This document shows, one piece after another, positions 1 to 9,477 of a stretch of DNA of 64,000 nucleotides. This stretch comes from an uncultured Chloroflexia bacterium (GTDB lineage: Bacteria; Chloroflexota; Dehalococcoidia; Dehalococcoidales; RBG-16-60-22): assembly GCA_963796365.1 (NCBI GenBank), contig CAWCLJ010000004.1:1721275-1785274 (forward strand). Reading direction: 5' to 3'. Within the stretch, counting starts at the first letter, position 1. Each line of letters starts with the position of its first letter. A model generated the notes under the pieces. That model ran no database searches and was not told where the DNA came from. It worked only from the letters and a program-made list of their open reading frames with translations. The translations under genes were made by a program, and so were the position numbers.

Positions 1-349
1 TATCCTGGGTGTCTTCGTCATCATTATCTTGCTCAGTATGTGCTTTTCCTGCGTGAGCATGGCTCTCGCCTCTATTTTCAAGACCAGAGAAAGAATGATG
101 GGTATCGGTCAGGTCATCACCATGCCGCTCTTCTTCGCCAGCAGTGCTATCTATCCCATATCGATGATGCCTGCCTGGATTCACCCGCTGGCCGTTATTA
201 ACCCGCTTACTTATGTAGTGAATGCGATGAGGGGCCTACTGGTCACCGGTAACCTGTCTTCCCTCCCGGTGGACATGCTGGCAATCCTGCTGGCAACAAT
301 CCTTTTCCTCGTTCTCGCGGCCAGAGGCTTTAAAAGGTTGGTGTCTTAA
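1..349 (+). CDS. ABC-2 type transporter permease, C-terminal part (5' end off-window)
   Basis: Frame is open from nt 2. TM-rich sequence ends in ...INPLTYVVNAMRGLL..., the usual ABC-2 permease C-terminal signature. Confidence 0.65.
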   Translation, partial: ILGVFVIIILLSMCFSCVSMALASIFKTRERMMGIGQVITMPLFFASSAIYPISMMPAWIHPLAVINPLTYVVNAMRGLLVTGNLSSLPVDMLAILLATILFLVLAARGFKRLVS

Positions 350-810
350 CGCTTCGGTAATATATACCCGATGGCTTCCGCTATCCGATTGATATCGTCA
401 TGCCATAGCTTTCATAAAATATTTGCAAGCGATCTACGCTTCAATTCATCCGAGATGCCCTGCGTTACATGGCAAAGGAGCGTGTCACTCGTGCCTTCAT
501 GATGATGTCAGAAAATCCGGTAATAAGAAAAATAACCCCGGTTATCGTAAATACCAACATATTATCATTTTTGTATTTTTAAAATTTACAGAATAAGCGT
601 ATTTAATCATAAATTTACGAAGTTCGTGTTGTCATTGGATCATTAAACCATTCTTTCAAGAAGGAATCTTATACGAAATATAAGGACAAAGATTAAAAGT
701 ATAATTGGTCATATAATTACAGGTTTGATACTTTTAGTTGGCGGAGTTATCCTGCTGGTGCTTTTATTGTTTAAAATGATGGGGAATGTAAGTAACAGGA
801 TATACGAGAA

Positions 811-1257
811 ATGTTGAAGGAAATTACCGGACAAAATGGTATCATAAAAAAACTACTTAAGAAAAAAGTAGTCAACTTTATGGTAGTGGGGGGAATAGGT
901 TACGTCATTAATATGGCTATCTACTACCCGCTCATAAACGTTTTCAAAGATAAGGTGGATATATTACGACAGCAATTTTATATTATTCCGTTTTTGCTAT
1001 CTTCTCTTATTGCCATCATCTGTAATTATTATCTGAATAAATTGTTCACCTTTAAAGACTCCCGTGAAAACAGTTTAGGCGGAATTAGATATTTGTTCAT
1101 GGCTCTTGCCACGCTTGTGCTCGACGTATTTGTCTTGTTTTTATTTGTACAGTATTGTCATTTGCCACCGATACTCGGTGCGGCACTGGCGATTCTTCTC
1201 GTATTTGTCCTTAGATTTTTCATAGCAAAGAGTTGGGTTTGGCATAATGGAGACTGA
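811..1257 (+). CDS. GtrA-family membrane protein
   Basis: 148 aa, about 4 TM helices. VNFMVVGGIGYVINMAIYY near the N-terminus and FFIAKSWVW at the C-terminus are typical of GtrA-like proteins. Confidence 0.7.
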   Translation: MLKEITGQNGIIKKLLKKKVVNFMVVGGIGYVINMAIYYPLINVFKDKVDILRQQFYIIPFLLSSLIAIICNYYLNKLFTFKDSRENSLGGIRYLFMALATLVLDVFVLFLFVQYCHLPPILGAALAILLVFVLRFFIAKSWVWHNGD

Positions 1258-1607
1258 CACGGAAATCTTATTCGAGAAAGATAACCGTTGGGAGCATTGA
1301 ATATTTTCCTTTGGTATTAAGACGTATTTCCGGCCCGCCGTTTGAATCAGTATATAGTTTTTTCTCTCAAGCGTTTTTCTTCAGGAGTTTTTCTCCCATA
1401 GAACAAATAACATATTTTTACACTAACGAATGAGCAATTTCAATGTATATTAGGGTGAAGCGGGTGGATACCGCACCATAAAGCGTAAACCGAAAACCCA
1501 ATCAAAGCCATGATTAATAAAACCTTGATGAACGTCAACTTACTTTTAAAATTTTTTTCAAATTTAACGCTCACTCCATGCCCAATGATTCTTTTAGCTT
1601 CAAAATA

Positions 1608-1793
1608 TTATTTGGTTTCAAAAGGCCAACCTTTGACCGGCATGTGGTATTTAACCAGAAAATCCTTGAAATCGTTTACATCAATACGATTGTGCCCGCT
1701 AGGAAGTTTAAAGACTTTCAGTTTATTACTGTTTATCCATTCCATTACCGTGCTTTTACTTACCTCACAATAATCCGCTATATCACTTGTCAT
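1608..1793 (-). CDS. excisionase-family HTH DNA-binding protein
   Basis: 61 aa. IADYCEVSKSTVMEWINSNKLKVFKLPSGHNRIDVNDFKDFL fits the MerR-like Xis/AlpA HTH pattern. Confidence 0.6.
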   Translation of the reverse strand: MTSDIADYCEVSKSTVMEWINSNKLKVFKLPSGHNRIDVNDFKDFLVKYHMPVKGWPFETK

Positions 1794-1909
1794 TAACCTA
1801 ATATTTTCTAGCTGTTTTTTTAACTGGCATTGGCGCCTCCCTAAACTAGATTTTTTGGTTGCTGTTCAAAGGCCATTTATTTCCCTCATCGAGAAACCAA
1901 ATACTATTC

Positions 1910-2035
1910 CTACCCGAATTTCTCGTAACAGATTATCTCTTCCAAAGATTTTCGGTCTTTTGGCCTTCCCGTTTCATTGGGATATCCCAGCATTAACAGA
2001 CTTACTATTTTGTATTTTTCCGGGACCCCAAGAAT
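1910..2035 (-). pseudogene. nitroreductase-family C-terminal remnant (41 codons, no start)
   Basis: ILGVPEKYKIVSLLMLGYPNETGRPKDRKSLEEIICYEKFG* looks like a canonical nitroreductase C-terminus. It is fused in frame behind the integrase remnant. Confidence 0.5.
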
Positions 2036-2356
2036 TTTCTTTACCTTCTCCTGTATGGCACGGTCAACCTTCTTTCCACAAACTGAACAGAAAAGATTTC
2101 GCTTTCATAAAATCTCACCACAATTGTGACATTTTAACTTCAATTGATGGTTTAAATGCATGATGGTTAAAGTTCCCCTGTCAAAATCTATATCAGTTAC
2201 TTTCAGTTGAATGGACTCAGAGATGCTGATGCCGGTCTTTCCTAGCGTAGAAACAAATGCCTTCTCTCTTGGATTTTTGGCAGCTACGATAAGTCTCTCC
2301 AAGTCTCTAACATCTGGCTGTGGTTTCAATTGTCGGATAAGTATATCTCGTGCCAT
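2036..2356 (-). pseudogene. tyrosine recombinase/integrase remnant (Zn-ribbon-insert type) with in-frame TGA; catalytic half missing
   Basis: LERLIVAAKNPREKAFVSTLGKTGISISESIQLKVTDIDFDRGTLTI is the start of a phage-integrase catalytic domain. CHNCGEIL-TGA(2105-2107)-KRNLFCSVCGKK is a CxxC..CxxC ribbon split by a stop. No R/HxxR/Y region follows. Confidence 0.6.
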
Positions 2357-2559
2357 GTCATTACCAAATTTGATATAATAAAAAACGCCGACACATTATG
2401 GTCAACGCAATAAAACCTTATTTAAGATCCCTTGAAATTCAGTTTCTAAGTGACTTTCGGAGGAAGGTTTACAAGAACTTAGTGATTTCTTTATAAGACC
2501 AGCTGTTTCACCAATTTGCTGAAGCTGGTCAAGCAGTTGCAGAATGGGGTTTTTCGCAA

Positions 2560-2588
2560 GGGAGTTCGACCCTCCCCCGTCTCCACCA
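2560..2588 (+). other. tRNA/tmRNA 3'-end-like fragment (T-arm + acceptor strand + CCA), probable att remnant, copy 1
   Basis: GGGAG-TTCGACC-CTCCC-CCGTCTCC-ACCA. No complementary 5' acceptor strand in the 400 nt upstream. Confidence 0.45.
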
Positions 2589-2803
2589 GAAACACGGAAG
2601 AGCCCTGTAAAGGCTCGTTTAAGATACGGATATTCGATCCCTTACGGGAAGCCGCCACCTGGAGAACAGGTTTAAAAGGCGGCTTCGGTTTTATAGCGAT
2701 AACTGACTTGGTGTTTTTAATATCTGTACAAATAGCATCTAACATCTGCAACAATAGTTTTCTTTTTCCCCCCTGGTTTGCTTTTGCCCAAAACTGGGGC
2801 AGG

Positions 2804-2875
2804 TCACTTGACGTCGGCTTTAACTTCTTTGAGCACGGCGATGACCTGTTCCTCGGTGTACTTTCTGGCTTTCAT
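2804..2875 (-). pseudogene. IS3-family transposase OrfA N-terminal fragment (23 codons)
   Basis: MKARKYTEEQVIAVLKEVKADVK* matches the conserved IS3/IS911 OrfA N-terminus and then stops. No OrfB nearby. Confidence 0.45.
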
Positions 2876-3026
2876 GAGTCCCCCTGGTTTTTTTATTATA
2901 CCGGAAGACTCTAAGTCACTGTATAGCTGTTTTGGGGGTAAGGTCACTAAAGATAATTGCCAAAAATTTGAAAAACTCTGAAAAGACGCAATTTTAAATA
3001 TGATTATCACTACTTTTTCGCTGATT

Positions 3027-6000
3027 TCAAATCGAGAGTTGCTTATAAAGATTTTTTATTTCTGCCGGGATTTCCTCTTCCCTTTTCAAAGTATCAAGGT
3101 ATTGTTTATAAGCACGCATTGCGGATGGCTTATTATTTAACGCTAAGTGCGAACGCATTATTTGGCAGTAAATATCTTCTTGATATGGATCAATGGCAAG
3201 ATATTTTTCTAATAATTTGATGGCTGTTGTATAGTTGCCCTGTTTAGCGTTTATTTCTGCTGATTGAGAAATTGCTCTTAAATATGTGTTTTCGAGTTCA
3301 CGCCGGCGGTTTTCTATCCAATCGGTATAAAACCCCGGAAGAAATGAGCCGCCGTATAATTCAAGGGCATATTCAAGCGCGATATCTTTCTTTTCGTCCT
3401 CGGTTGTTTTCTCTGCTAAAGAAAGAGACCATTCGAATTCATTAACGTCGAACCATATGCGGATGTCAGGATTTATCTTATAGATGCCATTTTCCATGAT
3501 GAATATACCCGGGAAAAGTGCCTGGCGGGCTCTAAAAAGATTAATATGAAAGTTGCTGCTTCCCTTGGCAGGAGACAGGTCGGGCCATAAGGCTGTAGAT
3601 ATTTGTTCACTTGTTTCACCTTTGGGGTGTGCCAGTAAATAATACAAGATTTCCTTGGCCCGGTTTGATCTCCAATCGCTGTCATTTATTTGCCGGTTAT
3701 TTATTATCACTTCGATGTTGCCCAGAGCTTTAACCCTGATATCATATTCATTCTTTATATCAGAGCTCGCAGGTATATCAGTGATAGTTTTTGTTTGTTT
3801 CGTTTCTTTTAAACTCTTTATTTTTTCAATGACCCTGATAAAACGGCCGTTTCCTATCTCGAGTGTGACTCCGTGATATAGCAAAGGTAGAGCTTTCCTT
3901 CCTTCGGTAACTAAGAAACTCTCATACCCTAATTCATCGGCTAAATTGGATGTTTTTTCGAGCCATTCAATCGAAACATCATATTCACGGGATAAAAATG
4001 ACACCTGCGCCAGGTGGAAACTGGCCTTTGCTAACGCATCTTTATCGCCAATTACCTGTAGGCGTTTGTAAACATCATCCAGTATTTTCTTTGCCTGTTC
4101 CAGTTGCCCGGTCTCATACGCGATTATCCCGAGCTGCATGTCAAAAAGAGCTGCCTCGTACGGCTGTTTTTGGTCCTCTGCCTGGTGGCAGGCTTCTTCC
4201 ATCAAAATTTTAGCTTTATCATATTGGCCTAAAAGCCGGTAAGTCTCTCCAATGCCGGCGGTTGCATAAGCGATATAAGTAGGTTCCATTGACTGGCGGG
4301 CGAGTTCTATCCCTTCATTATAGCTTTCTAAAGCTTCATTGAAACGGCAAAGCTCCCGGAGTACATCGGCGATGGATATCATTATCGTTGCTTCTGCACG
4401 CAAATATCCTGTTTCTTTGGCTTTATCGAATCCAGAATAAAAAGTATCCAGAGCTAAATCATATTGTCCAAAACGTTGGTAGATAATTCCAATGTTGTTT
4501 AATACGGCGGCAAGTTTTCCTAAATTTTCTGTTTTTATCCAGCCGATTCTCGCTTTTTCAAAATGCATCTTAGCCTTCGTCAGTTGTCCCAATCTCTTGT
4601 AAATTACACCTAAGGAATTATGTACTGACGAAAAAGCATCGTTATCGGAAACCGAAGCGTAACATTTTTGTGCCAGGCGAAGGTGCCCAAGAGCTGATGA
4701 GAATTGCCCCTGGTCTTTATAGATATCTCCGAGTCTTCTATGACACGCACCTAACAAATCTTTAGGTCCGTCGTGTTCTTTTAGTAGCTGGATGGCTTTT
4801 AAGATGTCATCCTTTGCTTCTTGGAAGCAACTATTAAGGCGAAATGCAGCACTGCGCCAATTTAATGCATTTGATTTTAACAGCCATTTCTTTTTATCGT
4901 TGCATTCATCGATTAAATGGTTAAGGATTTCCAGGGATTGGTTTGTATCACCCAGGTGAATCAGACATTGCGCATTAAGTAAAACCAGTTCATGGTCCGT
5001 AACCTTTAGATTTAACGGCAGCATATTGAGCCATCTTTGCAGCATGGTCCACTTACCTGACTTTAATGTCATCGCCCCGTTTACTTTGATTAACCGTGCT
5101 GCATCGGAATTTCTTTTGGCTTTACAGTAATGTTCTATTGCTTCGTTTAAATTGCCGTTCTTTTCGTATAGTGAGGCGGCTTTAAAATGCAACAGTTTAT
5201 ATTCCACCAGGTCGTCCTGCATTAATTTCTCTTGCAGGAAATCCCTGAAGAGCTGGTGATATCTGTACAACTTTTTTTCTTCATTCAAACATTGAAGGAA
5301 CAGATTCTTTTGTTTAAGGAATTTTATAGATTTATAATAGTTCACATCCGGGACTAATTGCTCTACCAATTCCGGATCAATTGTGGCGACGGTACTGGAA
5401 GCAAGGAGGAATTTTTGTATCTCCCCGGGTTGTTTCAAAAACACTTCCGTGGTCATATAGTTAAAGACCTGGTCCTGGTTCAATTCGGATAATTTGGGAA
5501 TGCTGTTTAGTCCAATGTTATTAAGTCGAAGTAAAATGTTTACTACCCAGCCTCCCGTTTCCTCCGCCAGGCTTTCAGCGTCTTTATCGGTCAGGTCTTT
5601 TTCAAAGCAGGTTGTCGCCAGGTTTTTTATTTCTGTTACGTTGAACGATAGATTTAACATTGAAAGAGACGCAACCTGATTTTTCAATATCAATCTGGAC
5701 ATTTCAGGAAGTTCAACCTGGTTCCGGCTGGAAATGATAAAGTGACAATTTTCCGGCATTTTCTCTAACAACAGATTTAATACATTTTTAGCCGGTGGTG
5801 AATTTTCTATCACATGGCAGTCTTCAAAAACAAAAATAAGGTAATCCGGTATTGTATCATTAATTTCATTAGCCAGGACTGTGGTTGTATGGCTTATGTC
5901 TTTATCTGTATCGTTAGCTGCTGCCAACTGCGATGCTGTGATTTTTCCAAAGGCAGTAAAGCAGGAAGATATTGAGTTAAGAATTCCTTCTAAAAAAACC

Positions 6001-6233
6001 TTGGGTTCTTCATCTTCGGGACTTATTGAATACCAGCAAACCGGGATATCTACGCTATGAATGAAATCGGTAAGGAGAGTAGTTTTTCCATAACCGGCTG
6101 GCGCTGAAATCACCTGGAGTCGCTTTTGGATATTGCTGTGCAATATATCTGTCAACCGCTCGCGAAAAACATGGTTGTCACTTTTTTCCGGAACGTTTGG
6201 TTTTGTCTTGGATATCCTGTCGGTAGTGCTCAT
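3027..6233 (-). CDS. STAND ATPase - TPR - SARP (winged helix + BTAD) transcriptional regulator
   Basis: 1068 aa. N-terminal P-loop ISAPAGYGKTTLL (MalT-like) and a long TPR-like middle. C-terminal OmpR/SARP wHTH (IRVKALGNIEVIINNRQI..WRSNRAKEILYYLL) plus BTAD (AIDPYQEDIYCQIMRSHLALNNKPSAMRAYKQY). Confidence 0.8.
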   Translation of the reverse strand: MSTTDRISKTKPNVPEKSDNHVFRERLTDILHSNIQKRLQVISAPAGYGKTTLLTDFIHSVDIPVCWYSISPEDEEPKVFLEGILNSISSCFTAFGKITASQLAAANDTDKDISHTTTVLANEINDTIPDYLIFVFEDCHVIENSPPAKNVLNLLLEKMPENCHFIISSRNQVELPEMSRLILKNQVASLSMLNLSFNVTEIKNLATTCFEKDLTDKDAESLAEETGGWVVNILLRLNNIGLNSIPKLSELNQDQVFNYMTTEVFLKQPGEIQKFLLASSTVATIDPELVEQLVPDVNYYKSIKFLKQKNLFLQCLNEEKKLYRYHQLFRDFLQEKLMQDDLVEYKLLHFKAASLYEKNGNLNEAIEHYCKAKRNSDAARLIKVNGAMTLKSGKWTMLQRWLNMLPLNLKVTDHELVLLNAQCLIHLGDTNQSLEILNHLIDECNDKKKWLLKSNALNWRSAAFRLNSCFQEAKDDILKAIQLLKEHDGPKDLLGACHRRLGDIYKDQGQFSSALGHLRLAQKCYASVSDNDAFSSVHNSLGVIYKRLGQLTKAKMHFEKARIGWIKTENLGKLAAVLNNIGIIYQRFGQYDLALDTFYSGFDKAKETGYLRAEATIMISIADVLRELCRFNEALESYNEGIELARQSMEPTYIAYATAGIGETYRLLGQYDKAKILMEEACHQAEDQKQPYEAALFDMQLGIIAYETGQLEQAKKILDDVYKRLQVIGDKDALAKASFHLAQVSFLSREYDVSIEWLEKTSNLADELGYESFLVTEGRKALPLLYHGVTLEIGNGRFIRVIEKIKSLKETKQTKTITDIPASSDIKNEYDIRVKALGNIEVIINNRQINDSDWRSNRAKEILYYLLAHPKGETSEQISTALWPDLSPAKGSSNFHINLFRARQALFPGIFIMENGIYKINPDIRIWFDVNEFEWSLSLAEKTTEDEKKDIALEYALELYGGSFLPGFYTDWIENRRRELENTYLRAISQSAEINAKQGNYTTAIKLLEKYLAIDPYQEDIYCQIMRSHLALNNKPSAMRAYKQYLDTLKREEEIPAEIKNLYKQLSI

Positions 6234-6499
6234 TTTGGATAGTTGTATCCGTTATTTTGATAATTTTCTTGCATCCGGTTTTCTATACCTGGTCAAATGA
6301 AACACATTCACTCATCGCCTATTATAAAGCGTTTTGGAAATAAGAACAAGGATTAAAACATATCATTCTTTTCCTGCATAAAACTTATTTTTTGTCATGA
6401 TTTGGTTTCTGGTAAGGTTTTGGTAATACCCTTTCTACTATTATTGGGAACAGAGGTAAATTAAAAAACCTCAATGCTCAATGAAAGGGGGATGATTTC

Positions 6500-6616
6500 G
6501 TGAAGCTATTTTTACTGTATAAGAAATATGCTCCATGGATCACACTCGCTCTCGTATTAGGCCTCATAGTCGCCATAGCTATACTTGGCGGAGCGCCCGA
6601 TATTACTTGTCCTTAA
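6500..6616 (+). CDS. small single-TM peptide (38 aa)
   Basis: GTG start behind an AAGGGGGA Shine-Dalgarno-like site. VKLFLLYKKYAPWITLALVLGLIVAIAILGGAPDITCP. The stop abuts the next ORF. Confidence 0.4.
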   Translation: MKLFLLYKKYAPWITLALVLGLIVAIAILGGAPDITCP

Positions 6617-6697
6617 TTGATAGGATCTGAATTCAATGCTCCGGATAAATTATTAACGTTTTTTATCCGGGGCGTTGGGCTCCCGGAAGGTAAGACT

Positions 6698-7252
6698 ATG
6701 AATATTGATACTGCCCTTTCACAAAAATCTAAAAAAGTATTACCTAAAATGGTAAATATCAAGATAAATTACTGGTGGCTTATCTTGTTTAGCCTGTTAT
6801 TGCGCATACTGCCGTATATTTTTACGGCGACCTCTTCTCATGTTGATATCAAGAGGATATGCCTTTTCTTATCATACGTAATACTATTATTTACTTTGGT
6901 AAAAAATTTACATATCAAAGGAATCTGGATTATAGCGGTTGGCACGCTGCTAAACTTTATCGCGATATTGGCAAATGGTGGTTTTATGCCCGTTTCTCCG
7001 GATGCCAGGCTTCTTGCAGGAAAAACTCCGGTTATTTTGCACGCCGGCAGTATATCATTAACTAACGCGGGCGGCGTGATACTTTTCCCCGAACAAACCA
7101 GACTTAGAATCCTGACTGACATATTACCGGTTTCTTCTTTACACGCGGTTTTTAGTGCCGGAGATGTCATTATCGCTATCGGTATTTTGGTCGTTTGTAT
7201 CAGAATAATTTTTCAGGTAGTGAAAAGAGCCCCGGCATCGGCTCTGGACTAA
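6698..7252 (+). CDS. DUF5317-like integral membrane protein
   Basis: ATG at 6698 lies behind GGAAGG. TM-rich, with LNFIAILANGGFMPV and VFSAGDVIIAIGI motifs that I associate with DUF5317. The track ORF starts earlier, at a TTG (6617). Confidence 0.5.
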   Translation: MNIDTALSQKSKKVLPKMVNIKINYWWLILFSLLLRILPYIFTATSSHVDIKRICLFLSYVILLFTLVKNLHIKGIWIIAVGTLLNFIAILANGGFMPVSPDARLLAGKTPVILHAGSISLTNAGGVILFPEQTRLRILTDILPVSSLHAVFSAGDVIIAIGILVVCIRIIFQVVKRAPASALD

Positions 7253-7276
7253 TAAACGGGATAAGGGGTTTTATCC

Positions 7277-7495
7277 ATGAAATATTCAAATACACTGAAT
7301 GCTATCGCCAAAGGTATTGAAACAAGGCTGGTAGACACGATTATTGTTAATATTGTGACGCTTGAAACCATCAAGATAGCCAGGAAATTACATATCCCCG
7401 AAGAAGAAATACAGGAATGGCGGTCTACGCGATGTTGCCAATCAAGAGTAGATAAAGTTCCCTCTATCTTAAAAAACCTGAATGTAAACGGTTAA
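7277..7495 (+). CDS. hypothetical protein (72 aa)
   Basis: ATG behind AAGGGG. No recognisable motif. Confidence 0.35.
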   Translation: MKYSNTLNAIAKGIETRLVDTIIVNIVTLETIKIARKLHIPEEEIQEWRSTRCCQSRVDKVPSILKNLNVNG

Positions 7496-7870
7496 AATCA
7501 CGACATTGTCTGGATAAACATTTCAGCTCTCTTTCTCAAATAAAAGATATGCCGTTTAAGATAATCACAAGAACTTGGTAACAAAGATATATCAGAAATC
7601 GGTTGGGAGCGTTTTCTTACGTTTATTGACTATGTCAAAGTTTGCTCGATATGCAAACATAAGCCAGAAACTTGCGGCCATGCTAAAAACGGTACGACCG
7701 CTAACGATTTACGTCAAGCATTAGTCTGGTGCAGTGATTGGAAACCGAGAGTTGAAAAAAGAGGAAAACGGACTAAAAAAAAGATTGACCCTGATTCTTT
7801 CTTGCCATAGAGTATGTTTATACGTAGACAGCATCAATTTTGTTTGTAGCAAGTTATTGCGTATTGTTTC

Positions 7871-7901
7871 GGGGACAGTTCGGCCCTCCCCCCGCTCCAC
7901 C
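7871..7901 (+). other. tRNA/tmRNA 3'-end-like fragment, copy 2 (degenerate)
   Basis: AGTTCGGCCCTCCCCCCGCTCCACCGGAAACA aligns with copy 1 (AGTTCGACCCTCCCCCGTCTCCACCAGAAACA), with 2 substitutions and 2 single-nt indels. Confidence 0.4.
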
Positions 7902-8075
7902 GGAAACAACAAAGCCCCACCTGAAATAGGAAATGGCCTTTCACATGTCCATTTCATCCGTAATGGCAATAGTCGGGAATTCTCTGAAGCAGGGCAATAC
8001 TATCACCTTGCATCACAGCCTCAATAAGCAGTACACTTAAGCGGAATACACTAAACACCGTCACGAGGTCTCCTC

Positions 8076-9371
8076 TTGTCATCCAATGAAACTCCGCAAC
8101 AAGTTCCGGGAAATTTAACAGCGCCTAAACGCGGTTTGCAGGGTATGTTCGATACCCTGAGTATTCGTAACTTTCGTTTATACTGGCTGGGCTTGATAAC
8201 CCTGACATTCGCCGGCCAGCTGCAATTACCGGCCCAATCATGGCTCGCTTATTTGCTCACTCATTCTCCGTTAAAGCTGACACTGGTCGCCGCCATGCAG
8301 GGTGTTCCGATGATTGTTTTCTCCATCTTTAGCGGCGTCTTCATTGATAGAATACAAAAACGCAATATCCTATTAATCGCCCAGAGTTTTTCGACTGTAC
8401 TTGCCATTGTTATTGCTGTTCTGATAGGCACCGGCCATATACAGTATTGGCACCTGCTGGTTTCGTCATTCTTGAGCGGCATCAGTGGTTCTTTTAACAT
8501 GACCGCCCGGTATGCCATTGTGGCGGAGCTGGTTCCGGTGCAAAAGCTGTACAACGCCACGGCTTTGAATAATGCCGGGTCGAATATCGTGGCCACGGCC
8601 GGGCCGGCCATTTCCGGAATCTTGATCGGTGTCGTCGGGGTACAGGGAGCCTATTACGTTGGAATCGTATTTTACGTCATCGGCATCATTATTCTCGGTC
8701 TGCTGCCGGCTACCAGTAAATTAAGTCAAACCTCCGGAGGCCGCGTGATTAAAAATTATGTTGAAGGCATACAGTATCTTCGTCTTCGAAAGGCCATTAT
8801 TGTAATACTGGTGATGGAAATGGCGCTGACCTTTTTCGGTACGTCTTATCAGGGCCTGATGCCGGTATTCGCCAACCTGCTCAAACAACAGTCTGAAGGC
8901 TATGGCTTTATGCTGGCGGCGGTGGGTATCGGCTCGGCCGTGGGTTCGCTGGCCGTCGCCAGCCTGGGCAATTTCAAAAGAAAAGGTTTGATCTTGCTGG
9001 TAACCGGTATAACCTTAGGTATATTCCTGGGGCTGTTCGCCAATATGGGAAACCTGGGTAATATCCTGAAAATAGGGCAAAATGATTACTACCTGGCTCT
9101 GGTGTTGCTGGCGGGCGTAGGCTTTTTTATAACCGCTTACACCACCACCAGCAATACCATCATTCAGATGAATACCAGCGATGAATTCCGGGGAAGGATG
9201 ACCAGCTTCTACTCGATGGTCATCGGGTTCTACCCGTTAACGACGTTTGTGATGGGGACCGCGGCCGAAGGTCTGGGGGCGCCCTTAGCGTTAACCATCG
9301 GGGCTTCATGCCTGACGCTATTTATGGTCGTTATGGCCATTGCCAGCCAACGCATACGCCGGCTTGGATAA
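8076..9371 (+). CDS. MFS transporter (12 TM, EntS/MFS_3-like)
   Basis: 431 aa. N-terminal IRNFRLYWLGLITLTFAGQLQ and repeated 6+6 TM organisation. TTG start 7 nt after GAGGT. Confidence 0.8.
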   Translation: MSSNETPQQVPGNLTAPKRGLQGMFDTLSIRNFRLYWLGLITLTFAGQLQLPAQSWLAYLLTHSPLKLTLVAAMQGVPMIVFSIFSGVFIDRIQKRNILLIAQSFSTVLAIVIAVLIGTGHIQYWHLLVSSFLSGISGSFNMTARYAIVAELVPVQKLYNATALNNAGSNIVATAGPAISGILIGVVGVQGAYYVGIVFYVIGIIILGLLPATSKLSQTSGGRVIKNYVEGIQYLRLRKAIIVILVMEMALTFFGTSYQGLMPVFANLLKQQSEGYGFMLAAVGIGSAVGSLAVASLGNFKRKGLILLVTGITLGIFLGLFANMGNLGNILKIGQNDYYLALVLLAGVGFFITAYTTTSNTIIQMNTSDEFRGRMTSFYSMVIGFYPLTTFVMGTAAEGLGAPLALTIGASCLTLFMVVMAIASQRIRRLG

Positions 9372-9477
9372 TCCGTCTTGTTTTCAGGTTTAGCTTTTAC
9401 CGTCGGAATCCACTGCAAATAAACGTTTTCCATCCTGTTTCGGCAGGTAATAAAATGCGGCTGAAGCGCGGATGGTT

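Noticed and set aside
2240-2588. A complete tmRNA (ssrA) or tRNA ending at the CCA at 2588.
   Set aside because: There is no 5' strand complementary to CGTCTCC, no GGnTTCGAC-type tmRNA 5' motif and no tag reading frame upstream. The space is occupied by the integrase remnant on the other strand.
2648-2693. Hairpin GAAGCCGCC-N21-GGCGGCTTC followed by GGTTTTAT, as an intrinsic terminator downstream of the tRNA-like end.
   Set aside because: The loop is large for an intrinsic terminator and there is no intact upstream RNA gene. I noted it but did not annotate it.
7606-7901. A short tmRNA-like gene pairing GGGAGCG (7606) with the acceptor-like end of copy 2.
   Set aside because: Only about 6 bp of imperfect pairing. 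The candidate tag frames end in ...IYVKH* or have no stop. The T-arm of copy 2 does not fold cleanly.
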